DNA from: Balamuthia mandrillaris
Lineage: Eukaryota
Direction of reading: 5' to 3'
DNA: 64,000 bases
Assembly (NCBI GenBank): GCA_031835245.2
Contig: JAVKOQ020000018.1
Span: forward strand, 186,001-250,000
The translations under genes and the position numbers were made by a program. Of the stretch, positions 37,335 through 49,400 are shown in pieces (the first letter of the stretch is position 1; every line of letters starts with the position of its first letter). A model generated the notes under the pieces. That model was given only the letters and a program-made list of their open reading frames with translations. It did not search any database and was not told the origin of the DNA.

Positions 37335-40017
37335 TCACAGTTGTCTACAAAAAATGGTTATGCTTGTGCAAACAAAAGCAGGAAAACACACGTAGATCAA
37401 GCGTTCCCCCGAATGGTCGCCCTTTTTGTCAAGACGACACGACTGATCCTTATGATTCGAGCAGGCCCCCTTAAGACAAAATGCAAAAGGAAGAAAAGGA
37501 AGAGGAGGAAGGAGTAGAAGTAGCAGAAGAAGAAGGAGGAGGAGGGGGGGGGAAGGAGCTGTAGGAATTGTTTTCCATCTTCTGCTGGTTCTTCTGCTTG
37601 CAGATGCATGCCTGACACGAGGAGGAATATAGCTTGGAGTGGTGGATGAACGGTATGAAGAGCCTTTTTGCTTCCTCGTGGAACTGGGGTTCGCAAAGAA
37701 GCTCACCAGAAACTCTGGGTAGGCATAGTCATCCCTGCAACTGACAAAGATCGAGGGGTTCCTTTCGTCATCCACCATCGATTCATGCTCCACATTTGAG
37801 TTCCTTCGTTTGGGTTTTGGAACCTTCATGCCATGCACTCCAAGATGGTACTCTCCCGTCAACACTCTGACCAAGAACATGTGTTGAATGCCATCCTTGT
37901 CCGGAACGGAGTAGCCGGTATTGGCGGAGTAGGATGCATCGCGAGCAAAGTAAACGCCATCCCCGTAGGCCTGCCTCTCTCCAAACTGTCGGAGGAAACC
38001 CTGTTGCATGATCTTGAGGAGGTTTTCTTTTGCTGTGCCATGCCACAGTCGCTGCTCGTAGCGTATGCTTGTGTCTCCTCCTTTGTGTTTATCGATAGGT
38101 TGAAGAAAAATAATAAACGAGAAGCGAAAGGGAAAATAGAGCGAGAATACAATAGACAAAGGAGATGAGCAAGAATGAAAAGAAAAGGGCGACGGAGAGG
38201 AGAGAAAGAGAAACCTTTTTTGATGTATTGACTCAAATGGAACTGATAGGCTTCCCACCTGACAGCACATTGCACAGACGTTATAGAATGAATAAGATAC
38301 TTTTCTGGCGAGATGGTTGCATAAAACAACCCAGCCACTTCCTCGTATAGTGCATCCCTTGGGGAAAGAGGGACCTGTTTGACTTCCACAGAATCGTTTC
38401 TCGGCACCCAAAAGTCTGGCAAGGCTCCTCCACTAACAACGGTCATGGCAGAAGAGGATTGTTGTTGCTGGTGTCGCCTTCTCACGGAACGCCTTTTCTT
38501 GGTCATCTGGTTGATTTGGCACATATCAACAAAGGGATGCACTGAAACCTTACAGGAGTATTGCCCAGCAGAAAAGTACGCGCAGCGGTTGCGCTGCTGG
38601 TGAGCCGTTTACAGCTTTTGGGTGGTATCAGGAAGATACGAATTCCACAGGCCAGCGTCATCTTGCCATTCCCAAAGTATTGTCGAGGAGGAGAAGGAGG
38701 AGGAGGAGGAGGAGGAAGAAGATGAAGAAGAAGAAGAAGAAGAAGAAGAAGAAGAAGAAGAAGAAGAGAAAGAAGAAGCAGAAGAAGCAGCAACCGAACG
38801 GGTGGCAGCGTTAGCGCGCATGTTGACCCGTTGTTGTTGCTGCTGTTGTAGTAACTGATAGTGTCGGCTCACCATGGCGTCAAGGTCGAGGCTACTCAAA
38901 AATTCATCGATGCCATCATAGTAGCTGTCGGCAGAGAGCGGTAATGGATTCTGCGAGTACTCTTCTCCTTCCTCATCAGCAGCGGCAGTGGCGGCGGCGG
39001 CGGCAGGAGAAGAAGAAGAAGCAACAGTAGGATTCCGCACGGCACCCACAGCTGACGAAGGTATGGATGACGACGAAGTTGAGCAAGGGGAAAAAGGATC
39101 ACCAGAGGAAGAGCGAACAGAACAGAAAGATAGGATCGTTTGTTTTTGACGCTTTGTGGCAGGAGGAGAGTCGTTCTCATCTGTCAAGTCGATTGTTACT
39201 GTTGTTGTGGAAGAGGACATCGAGGAAGAGGACGAATGTGAAATATGAGGAGAAGTGGTTGTCGTTGTGGTGTCAATTGTTGATGTGCATTCCACGGGAA
39301 GGGTTTTGGCCTTGGGTGAGGCAAAATCTTGAAAGTCTTCCACGGTGTAGTCCACACCGGCAGTAGCAGGATCTGATCTTCCCCGTTTCCGTTGTTCTGG
39401 CCGTTGTGCTGAAGGGAAAGGTGTAGAAGTAGAGGACGGAAAGAAGAAGAAGAAGAAGAAGAAGAAGAAGAAGAAGAAGAAGAAGAAGAAGAAGAAGAAG
39501 AAGAAGAAGAAGAAGAAGAAGAAGAAGAAGAAGAAGAAGAAGAAGAAGAGGAACAAGAAGAACAAGAAGAACAAGAAGAAGACAACGACAAAGACGAAGA
39601 CGAAGAAGAACTCGAAGAACAGGAGAAGGAAGGTTGTGTACAGGAAAGAGGAGAAGCAGAGAACGTTGAAGAAGGAAAAAAAGGAGCAAGAGATGAAGTT
39701 ATTCCACCTAGCTGGACGGAAGTAGTGGCACCAGCTACAGCGCCCACAGCAGCCCATGGATCCTTGAAAAACGTGAAGCCTCCCACCTGTTGAGCTCCTC
39801 CAGCGAGCCCATGGTCGATCGGTTGGTTTGTTGTGGATGATGAGTGGTTATGCCGCGCCAAGGAATACGAAAAACACGGGCCGGCCTCGATAGAAGGCCC
39901 TGCTGCTTCTCCCCCACGAGCGTTTTCATGCTGATGATGTTCTTGCTGTTGCAGGCGGCCTCTTTCCTCGTCCAACCACAGCAGCTGACCCTCCAGATTG
40001 CTTTGCGGTTGTGTCAT
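37335..40017 (-). CDS. WWE + PARP catalytic (mono-ADP-ribosyltransferase-like) gene with an in-frame stop; possible pseudogene
   Basis: WWE ILWEWQDDAGLWNSY; PARP RLWHGT, YGDGVYFARDASYS, MFLVRVLTGEY and NPSIFV..YPEFLV. TAA at 38609-38611 interrupts the WWE domain. 3' end uncertain. Confidence 0.8.
39441..39548 (-). repeat. (CTT)n intronic microsatellite
   Basis: Long AAG run on the + strand. Confidence 0.9.
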
Positions 40018-40274
40018 CTTGCCACGTGTGGAGCAGTGGGGTCTTGCCTTGTTGTGTTGGCCAGGGCTTTTGGGTTCAATTAATGAAACATTTATTCTTG
40101 GAAATTTTTGAATGAATAAATATTTTTATGGAGGAAAATTTTTTGCCGACGGGACAGATCTCTGGAGATGAGACGGCCTTTTTATGGTAAGTTTTAACAT
40201 CTGTTTTGATTTTTGATTGGTGGTTTGAAAGCATGTCTATTTAATCAAAAAAATTATCAACTTTTATTGTTCGT

Positions 40275-42462
40275 TTAAAATTTGTCGAACAAAGAAGAAT
40301 CATCCTCTTCTTCGCTCTTTTCCGCTTCGCCGTCCGCTGTTCGTTGTCGCTGCTCTTCTTCTTCTTGTTCTTTGCTTCGCTCCGCTTTTTCTTTTCGTTG
40401 TTGTTGCCTCTTCGCCTTCCGTCGTTCCAATTCCCGCAGCAACAGCTCCTCCTCGTCTTCTTCCTCGTCGTCCTCCTCATCTTCCTCCAAACTCTCCAAG
40501 TCGAAATCATTTCCAAACCCGTCTTCATTGCAACAGCTTGTTGAAATTTGTTGTTGTTTCGTCGAGGAAGAAGAGGAAGAAGGAGAAACAGCGCGAAGAT
40601 GAAAATCTGTTGGAGAGAGAATGCGAGGATACCATGGAGCAAACACGGTGTGCAGCCAGTTGAAGCAGTATCCTTGCGAGTAGGGATTCTTGCCGGAAGC
40701 TCCATCATAGCGCACAAACTTCATCTGAAAAATAAGACGATAAGAGAGGAAATAATAGGATGGAGAAGGAAGCAAGATCAAGAATGAATAGAGTACATCT
40801 TCGTTGGTGGTGCGAGCACGGAAGGAGAGGTAGCTGTGGAAGGAAGAAAGGCCGCCGAGCGACCATATGAGGAAGAAACTGTACAAAGCTGCTAGCACAC
40901 TATTTATCAAAACAGTCAAAGAGATTGTTTGATCTTGAGCATGGAGAAAGAGAAACGAGAGAAGATGAAGAGAGATAGAGAAACGTTACGCTATAGGGGC
41001 CGGAAAAGTGGCCAGCGCGTGAAATATTTTGCGAGTGGAAGTGTCTTTGTCAGAGTCAAATGTCATCACTATGACCAATAGACCGGATAGAACCTTTAGC
41101 AAAAAGAGATAAACAAACAAAGGGTTTAAAAATAGAAAAATGTGAATTCATTGATAGAAAAACAGAAAACAGAAAATACCATGATCGCCAAAAGGTTGAA
41201 AGCTGCACTATGCACGAACCAATAAAAGAATTTGTAGTTACGTTTACCCACACAATTTCCAACCCTATTTTTGTGATGTTAGTATGTTTATTATAACAAA
41301 GAGAATGAGGTATAACATACCAAGGACCTTCAGAAGATTAAGGATAAAGAGATGGATAACGTTAGAAAGATATAACGGAAGGAGTGAGTGAACTAGTGAG
41401 AGAAAATGAAAAGTACAATGGTGGTCATAACGTTCGACACAGTTATCACAGACTTTGCAATGTACGCATCTAGGTGGCCGAAATATATTACAAGTTGCTA
41501 CGTGGATATTTTATAGGCAATCCAAAGAAGATGGAGAAAGCCATCAATACAAAGAAGAAGAAGAAGAAGAAGAAGAAGAAAAGAAGAAGAAGAAGAAGAA
41601 GAAGAAGAAGAAGAAGAAGAACAAGAAGAAGAAGAACAAGAAGAAGAAGAAGAACAAGAACAAGAAGAAGAACAAGAACAAGAACAAGAAGAAGAACAAG
41701 AACAAGAAGAAGAACAAGAACAAGAACAAGATCTAGAACTAGAACTAGAACTAGAACTAGAACTAGAACTAGAACTAGAACTAAGAAGCACGAAGAATAA
41801 TGAGGACGATACGTACTACAGTATTTGAGAGGCTTGTCGTCAGCGCTGCGAGGAATTGGCCGCTTGTCCCCACGAAGCAGCTCAAAGATGGAAACCTCTT
41901 CACCACCAAACAAACAAAAATGTCGGCAAAACAAAAAAAAGAAACAGAAAATGAGAAGAAAAACAAAAAGAAAAGTTATTGCCTCAAACCTTCATCTTCT
42001 TCATCAAAGTTACGTCGCGGCAGAATGCCAGGGTCCATGAAACTGACAAGAAAGAAAGAGGAGAGAGTAACGCCGGTGGACCAAAGCATGAACAGCAACA
42101 ACAGGCATCCCCACAAGGCCGACCGCCAAATGTACCACGGACACCTTTGTGTGTTAGAAAAAAAAAAGATAATGAGAAGAAAGAGAATAGAGAAAGACAA
42201 AAAAAATGTACACAAATCCGTAGAAGAGCACGAGAGGAACGAAGATGAGGAGGAGGGTCAAGTAGAAGGCCTGACGATCGGGTCCGCTGACGAGCTTGCC
42301 GCTGCAGTAGGAACGGCTGTTTCCTTGATAGCCGGAGGGCAAAACGTTCCGCCCTCCCACTCGGCCACTGCCATGCTCACCAACACCAACAGCCGTTGGA
42401 GCAGCAGTAGCAGCAGGAGCAGAAAGAGGGCTTGCAGCACCACCGCTGCTGCTGTCAGCCAT
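40275..42462 (-). CDS. DHHC palmitoyltransferase (ERF2/ZDHHC9-like)
   Basis: Spliced [61 protein letters not shown]. Confidence 0.92.
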
Positions 42463-42744
42463 CTTTATTTTTTTTTTTGTTGTCTTTTCTTTTGAGGTGT
42501 TTTTTTCTGCGGACAGCTTTTCCTTTTTGTGGACACCTCATGATTACTGTCGACAACCGACGACGTGAAAATTTTAAAGTGAAATTTCGACCAGGGAGGC
42601 ACGTGACCATCACGAGGAGACCGGAAATTGATTGGTAGCTGGGAGATTGTTACAAAGAATTTCCGAGCATTTCATGTGTCTGTGTTGGGTATCTCGCCAA
42701 CCCGAAAACAGAGCGCTAAACTTTTCGCTTACACTTACAAAATA

Positions 42745-43980
42745 ATGAGCGGAGGGTCGTGTCGGGCGATGTTCCGCTTCTCGAACCCAGCCCTGCGATT
42801 CGTTTTGGGGTGGCTGCTGATCTCCGTCCTCTTCTTCGCCTTCTTCCTGGTGGCTCACTCCGCCCTCGCTCTGCTCTACAGGGAAAAGACAGGCTTTATC
42901 CTTCGCATCACGTTGATTTCAATTTCATCCATCCTCGCAATCTTTCTCGCCGCATTGCTCTGTGCCTGCTACTGCGCGCCTTCCATTAACAACGATGCCC
43001 GACACACTGTGGCGTTGTGTTTCTTTTCTGCCATGATTCTAATCACGACGCTCTGCTTGGCCTTTCTAACGGTGTGGCCAGTATACACCGAGCTAACCTA
43101 TTGCAAACTCCAGCTATGGGAGTGGCAGGAAGAAGCGACTCTGAAGGACGTACAACATTCCTCTCGCTACCAAAGCGTTTTCATGTTCAACCGTTCAGAG
43201 GGAACAGCAGTACCTGGTCACTTTGGTTCTTCCTCTAATCAAACATATTTGACTTGCGCATTTCCACTTCTGCCCACTAAAGAGCTTTCTTCTTCTGCTC
43301 CTTCTTTAATCTACGCTCATGTGGCAGCCATTTGTTTCAGCCCAAAGGAGAAGGCGGACTGTCTTTCTCTTGTGAATGGTAAAGAAGGTGATGAAGACAA
43401 TGACGATTGCTTTGAAAAGATAAGACTCCTGTGGGAGGGCCGAATGACTCTGGATGGCATGGTGGCGGTCAAGACCAACATCCTCGACTCTCTGTTTAGG
43501 ATGGATGAAGTCCATGCAGCTGTAGACAGCATCACCAGCCATAGCAGCCCTTACCACGACCCCTCTTCTTCATCTTCTTCTTTATCTTCTACTTCATCTT
43601 CTTCTGTTTCTTCAATTCAAATGGCAGACAGTGTAACAACTGTTGAACTCTTCTCCAAGGCGGAGTTTGAGCAGAGGTTGGAGGAAAGCAAGGCCGAATT
43701 CCTCGCCGGAATCATCCCTCTCTTGTTCGCTCTGCTGGTTGTGTTGCCCATTATTGGCCTATTGTTTGTTTGGCTGGTGGGACCTCCTCCTTACGATGGT
43801 TCGGACCAGGGTTTCGAAGTTATCAACGGGGGAGACAAACAACACGAGCAGTGCCAGAGTAGAAATGTAAGAGATGATGATGGCGAGGCTGATGGAGTGG
43901 AAATGAAGACGTTTGAGGATGAACGACACTACTATGAAGACAACGAAGAAGCTCTTTTGCGAACAAACTCATTTTCATAA
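42745..43980 (+). CDS. Intronless uncharacterised membrane protein (3 N-terminal TMs, luminal domain, 1 C-terminal TM)
   Basis: Long ORF 42628..43980; first plausible ATG at 42745; hydrophobic segments. Confidence 0.7.
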   Translation: MSGGSCRAMFRFSNPALRFVLGWLLISVLFFAFFLVAHSALALLYREKTGFILRITLISISSILAIFLAALLCACYCAPSINNDARHTVALCFFSAMILITTLCLAFLTVWPVYTELTYCKLQLWEWQEEATLKDVQHSSRYQSVFMFNRSEGTAVPGHFGSSSNQTYLTCAFPLLPTKELSSSAPSLIYAHVAAICFSPKEKADCLSLVNGKEGDEDNDDCFEKIRLLWEGRMTLDGMVAVKTNILDSLFRMDEVHAAVDSITSHSSPYHDPSSSSSSLSSTSSSSVSSIQMADSVTTVELFSKAEFEQRLEESKAEFLAGIIPLLFALLVVLPIIGLLFVWLVGPPPYDGSDQGFEVINGGDKQHEQCQSRNVRDDDGEADGVEMKTFEDERHYYEDNEEALLRTNSFS

Positions 43981-44045
43981 ATAAACGAACAAAAGAGAAA
44001 GCAAAAAAAATATATTTTTCTATTAAATATACATGTAACAAATAT

Positions 44046-44068
44046 TGGCGTTAGTGGGGTTCGAACCC
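44046..44068 (-). other. tRNA 3'-end-like fragment (B-box/T-arm + acceptor strand)
   Basis: The - strand reads GGGTTCGAACCCCACTAACGCCA; no matching 5' half is visible. Confidence 0.35.
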
Positions 44069-44146
44069 AAGTACTGCTCCATATCGTGACGACGTGAAAT
44101 TAACGAGCAATCAAAAAAACAAACAAACAAAAAGCAAAGTGCGCTG

Positions 44147-44700
44147 ATGTCGTACCGCCGCAGTTCTGGTTCCTTCTCTCTGGTTTGTCGCCAAGTGCCT
44201 GGCCTCAGGGTGACGGCCGCTCGCTCCTCCCTTCTTACGGCTTCTGTCACCGGCCGGTGTAGTAGCGCCACCGCTCCCTCTCCTCTCACCCGGTGTGCCT
44301 CTGCCTTTTCCTCTTTGTCTTGTTCTCCCGCTGCGACTGGATTCTCGACGACCGCCACGTCTGGTGGTGGTGCTTCGTCTCGAAAAGCTTCTTTCTTGAA
44401 GCAACAACACTCCACTTCCGTACTGCTCAGGTTTGTTTTTGTTTTTTTTAAAAAATAAATCGATCTTAATCTCACTTTTATGCCCCACAACAACCAAGTA
44501 GTGCCCCGTGCACCAAGACAACAACAGCGACGATGAACTTTGGCATGCTTCTTCAGTTCTTGAATACCGGTTTGTTTATTCTTTATTCTTTTTAACTTTC
44601 TTATTTTTTTTCTTTATTCTTTATTTTTTTCTTATTCTTTATTCTTTATTCTTATTCTTTGTTCTTTATTAACACAGAAGAAGACGATGATGGCTGCTGA
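44147..44700 (+). CDS. Small three-exon protein with a mitochondrial-presequence-like N-terminus
   Basis: MSYRRSSGSF... is Arg/Ser/Ala-rich and lacks acidic residues. Two GT-AG introns give the in-frame end MNFGMLLQFLNTEEDDDGC*. Confidence 0.6.
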
Positions 44701-44737
44701 TATTTGCTCCGTTGTTCTCGCGAATGAAACCGAAAAA

Positions 44738-44779
<42 letters not shown>

Positions 44780-44803
44780 ATTCGCTTTCTTCGTTTGTTG
44801 ACA

Positions 44804-46012
44804 TCACAACTTCATCTTCCAGCTTTGCCGAACAAACGATGGATATTTATTTGCATTGTTTTCCTCTGGTTTTGCGTCTTTCTTCTTTTCTTCTCCTTCT
44901 TCTTCTTGCTCTGCTTCTTTTGTTGCTTTCGTTGATCGTTTGCTTTGTGACTTTGCTTTTGTTGCTTTCGAGGAAGAGGAGGAAGACGAAGCGGAAAATG
45001 AAGTAGAAGGAGAGAAGGAGCGTAAGAAGGAGAGGGTGAAGGGATCGCTGGGATAGCCAGAGCCCAAGGCAAGCCCTGTCTCTTTTTCCAACTGGAGCAT
45101 GGCCTTGTCCCTCTCCACTTTTGCTATGATGGAAGCTGCCGCCACAGATACCTGGTGGCGAGAAGTAGACTCACGAGATGAGAAACAGAAGAAACGAAAG
45201 GAAACAAAATAAGATAGAGGAGAGGAACGAAAGAGAAAGAGAAAGAGAAAGAGAAAGAGAAAGAGAAAGAGAAAGAGAAAGAGAAAGAGAAGAGAAAGAG
45301 AAAGAGAAAGAGAAAGAGAAAAGAAAGAGAAACGACGAAAGAGAAAGAGAAAGAGAAAGAGAAAGAGAAAGAGAAAGAGAAAGAGAAAGAGAAAGAGAAA
45401 CGACGAAAGAGAAACGACGAAAGAGAAAGAGAATACAGAGAAAGGGAGAGGAAACGACGAAAGAAAGAGAAAGAGAAACGAACGAAGAGATAGCAAACGT
45501 CTGAGAATAAACAGAAGCGACCAAGAGAGAAGCAAAGCGAAGAAAAGAGAAAACGTACAAAAGCAGATTCGGCTTTGTGCTGCGCCAACACCCTGGCCTC
45601 CGGGAACAACCCCTGAAAATGCGCCTGATAGCGCTCGCTGTTGACGTCCACCGCGTCCATGCACAAGGCCAGCCCCGCCCTGTTCAGCTCCAGCCCGTTC
45701 TGCTCCGCCAGCTCCCCCAACAGCCTCTCCGTGTGCTCGATCTGCAGCTGGTTCAGCGTTCGCCCCAATTGCAGCCTATTGCGGTCGATCTCCGCGGCAG
45801 AGACCTGGGTGGAGCGGATCAGCAGCGCGGACTGGCGGATGATGCCCTCCAGGTAGGTCCGGCGCGCGGGGGAGAGGGCTTTGGAGTCCTTGACGCCCTC
45901 CATGCGGAGGAGCCTGCATGTTTGCGGGGAGAGGAGGACCGTCGCGATGACCAGAGGACCCAAAACCTAAAATCGCAAAAAAGTTAATCGACTCCGTCAA
46001 AATGTACAAAGA

Positions 46013-46044
<32 letters not shown>

Positions 46045-46299
46045 TCTCATGAAACGAAAAAGAAAAGAAGAACGAACGGAGCCACGGCCAGCTTCGTCGA
46101 CGCCACACAACCAACGGATGGAAGGGTCGGAGAGGAGCGCTTCGTCGGAGGATAACGGGAGAGATCGAGCAACCGATTTGTGTCGTCGAGGTGATGGGCT
46201 TTGCAAAAAGAAGCAAGAAGAAGACGCAGCGCTCGCATGGCGGCTGGTGTTGCCCTTGCAGCCTCCGCTCCACCACCGAAGCATCTTCAGTCGACTCAT
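44804..46299 (-). CDS. rnhB: Ribonuclease HII family protein
   Basis: GVDEAGRG, GPLVIA, GVKDSKAL, DAVDV, HKAE, AAASIIAKVERD, GSGYPSDP and VRQSW motifs. Confidence 0.9.
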
Positions 46300-46462
46300 C
46301 GTTTCTTTTCTTATTCTTTCAATAAATATTAATTTTTCATAATAAATATTTAAATTTTATGGAATATTAATTGTTGCATTGAAAAACCAACATATTCAAA
46401 AAATTTAAAATAATTAACAAATATTCCAACTATTCAAAAAAACAAGAAAAAAAGAAATGTTT

Positions 46463-49400
46463 TTATAACTTGAGGTGAGCAACATCTTTGTTGCTGACTC
46501 GTTGTTTTGCGGTCTTCTCGGAAAGAAAGTCGGCCTTCTCTCCGCGGACAGCAGCCCTGGCCTCCTCTTGCAGCTGCTTGAACAGCTTCGAGGACTGGGT
46601 TGTGCTCTTTGATGGTTGTGAAGTATTCGCTATTGTCACGTTCTATTTATTGTTGGAAGAAGGCATGAGTAAACATTGAAGCAGAAGAGAAGAAGAAGAA
46701 GGAGTAGAAGGAGAAGAGGAGAAGAAGAAGAAGAAGGAGAAGAAGGAGAAGAAGGAGAAGAAGAAGAAGAAGAAGATGAAGAAGATGAAGAAGATGAAGA
46801 AGATGAAGAAGAAGAAGAACAAGAAGCACAAGCACAAGCACAAGCACAAGCACAAGCACAAGCACAAGCACAAGCACAAGCACAAGCACAAGCACAAGCA
46901 CAAGCACAAGCACAAGCACAAGCACAAGCACAAGCACAAGCAAGCGCAAACAAGCAAAGCACAAGCACAAGCACAAGCACAAGCACAAGCACAAGCACAA
47001 GCACAAGCACAAGCACAAGCACAAGAGGAACAAGAAGAAGAACAAGAGGAACAAGAAGAAGAACAACAACAACAACAACAAGAAGAAGATTAAGAACAAG
47101 AAGACGAAAATAAAAAGAAGAGGAGCAAGAACGAGGAAAAATAAAGAGAAATAATATAAACATGAAAGAAAAAAAACTTACTCTGGCATTCTTGAGCTGA
47201 TCCAATGCGCTCTGTACGGTGTGCTTGTTGCCCAGGCCAGGGTTCAACTTCTTGACCAACTTCTCGTCCTGCTGCTTCTGCCGCTGCGCCTTTCTCCTTC
47301 GGGCCTTCTTGCTGCGTCTCGCCGCCTTTCTCTCCTCCTGCGTTCTCTCGTCCTCTCCTTTGACCTCCTTTTGGGGTTTCTCGTAGACCTCTTCGGGGGC
47401 GAGCAGGGAGGCATCGCTCACACCGATGGGAATGATCTCCTCCATGTTGATCGCTGGTAAGTTGGGCTTCACCGTTAAGTCTTCTACCGGCTGTTTTGAT
47501 TGTGTTATTTGAATTTTATGTTAAGTCCAAATGAAAGAGGAAGGTTTAAAAATAATAAAAGCACGAACGGGTTTAGGTGTGTAATGGAAGTTGGACAACG
47601 AATCCAGTTTGAAGCAGAGGGACTTGAACAGGCGCTGTATCTCTAGTTGTCCTGGAGTTAACGTTTCCTCCTCCATCATCGTTTGCTTTTGTTCCTGTGT
47701 TTGTCTTCTCCACTAATAAAGATAAAGTGTCAATAAACTATAAACATTGAAAAGCAAAAACAAAAAAGTTAAAAAAATACAAAATATAAACCTCTTCTTC
47801 GTATTCTTCAGCCAAGCCTTTGCCACTCTTCTCAAAGTCGAGTTCAACAGTAGGACGTCTTTCCTTCTGTTCAGGCTCCACTTGACGCACGACGTCATCC
47901 CATGACTCTTCCAAAATGCGTTGCTTTATGACTTCTTCGATGGTTTGTGTCACTTCTTCCGTTATTACTGGTTTCAACTGTGTTTTTCCAAAGTGGAAGA
48001 CGAGTAAGTAATTGACGATAAGTAGAAAAGAAGGAAATAAGATGTGGGATCACAATAACTGAGAATGAGAAAAGGGAACAAGTTACAAACCTTGGTGGCA
48101 CCCTCGAACTCGAGGTTAGCAGCCAAAAGACTGTTTTGAGGACGTTGCTTGGAGTTAACCTCACCAGACAAGGCCCAAGCCTTTGGAGCCACGTTCTTCT
48201 CTTCCAAACGCTCTATACGTTTTTGCAAGTTCAACTGAGCCCGCTCATAGGTCGAAAGAGGTCCTGAAAAAAGAATTAACACAAAAGATATATCAGTGCC
48301 CAAACACAATATAATACAACACACACACACACAAAAGGCCAAGAGCACACAAACCCTTCTTAGCTGCAGGTTGTTGGTTTGTCGTTTCTCCATCTTCCTC
48401 CTCGCTATCATCTTCATCTTCATCGGCCTCTTCATCATCGTCATCTTCTTCTTGTTCACCATCGGCATTCTCCCAGGCTTCAGTCTGTTGCAAGAACTGT
48501 TGGAAAGAAAATCCTTCCACCTCTTCGTCATTCTCTTCACCTTTGTCTGCTCCCATGAATTCAGCCAAATCTTCATCTTCTTCTTCATTTTCATCCTCAT
48601 CTTCTTCCTCATCGTCATCATCTTCATCGTCCTCTTCATCATTTTTCTTGTTCTTTTTCTTGTTTTTCTTCTTTTGCGCAGACAAAACACTAAAGAAAGC
48701 TTCTTCTTCATCTACGTCGACATCGCTATCTCCTTCTTCTGCTCCTACATCATCATCGTTCATGAAAAGAGCTGCTTCCTTCGCTGCCACTGCTTTTGCA
48801 TCAAACGGTTCGTTGAAGAAATCGGAATACATTATTCCACCTCCAACTTCTTCTTTCTTCTTTTTCTTGTTCTTTTTGTCATTAGGCAACAAATCCTCGT
48901 CATCTTCGCCTTCTCCATCGTTTAATTTGGATAAGATCTGTTGTCGTTGTTGCATCAAGAATTGCAGCCGTTCTTCTGCGTTCATACTGTTGTACTTCTT
49001 TATCACTTCCGGCCGAACTGATTTCATTAAGTTTTCGCTCAATCCTTCTCCTTCATCCTCTTCATCATCCTCCTCTTCGTCTTCATCATCCAAATCACTC
49101 AAAAAGGCTTCCTCCTCCATCATTGCCAACTGATCATCCTCACCTTCTTGTACCTCTTCGTTGTCATAATCATCATGAACGTTTTCTTCTTCATCATCAT
49201 CATTTTCATCTCCTTCTCCATCTTTTAATACTTGCCTCAACAGCTCCTTTTCTTCTGCTATCTGCCTCATTCCTTCCTCTTCATCTTCTTCCTCCTCTTC
49301 CTCATCCAGTTCGCTTTCTTTCACTTCATGCTCCAATCGAGGGAAAAAGCTGTCTAACTTTCCGCCATTCTTTTTGATCTCTTTCAACCATCGTTTCAGT

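Noticed and set aside
38609..38611. TAA as evidence of a reassigned genetic code
   Set aside because: TAA terminates many intact genes in this window (for example at 7442, 16227 and 46463).
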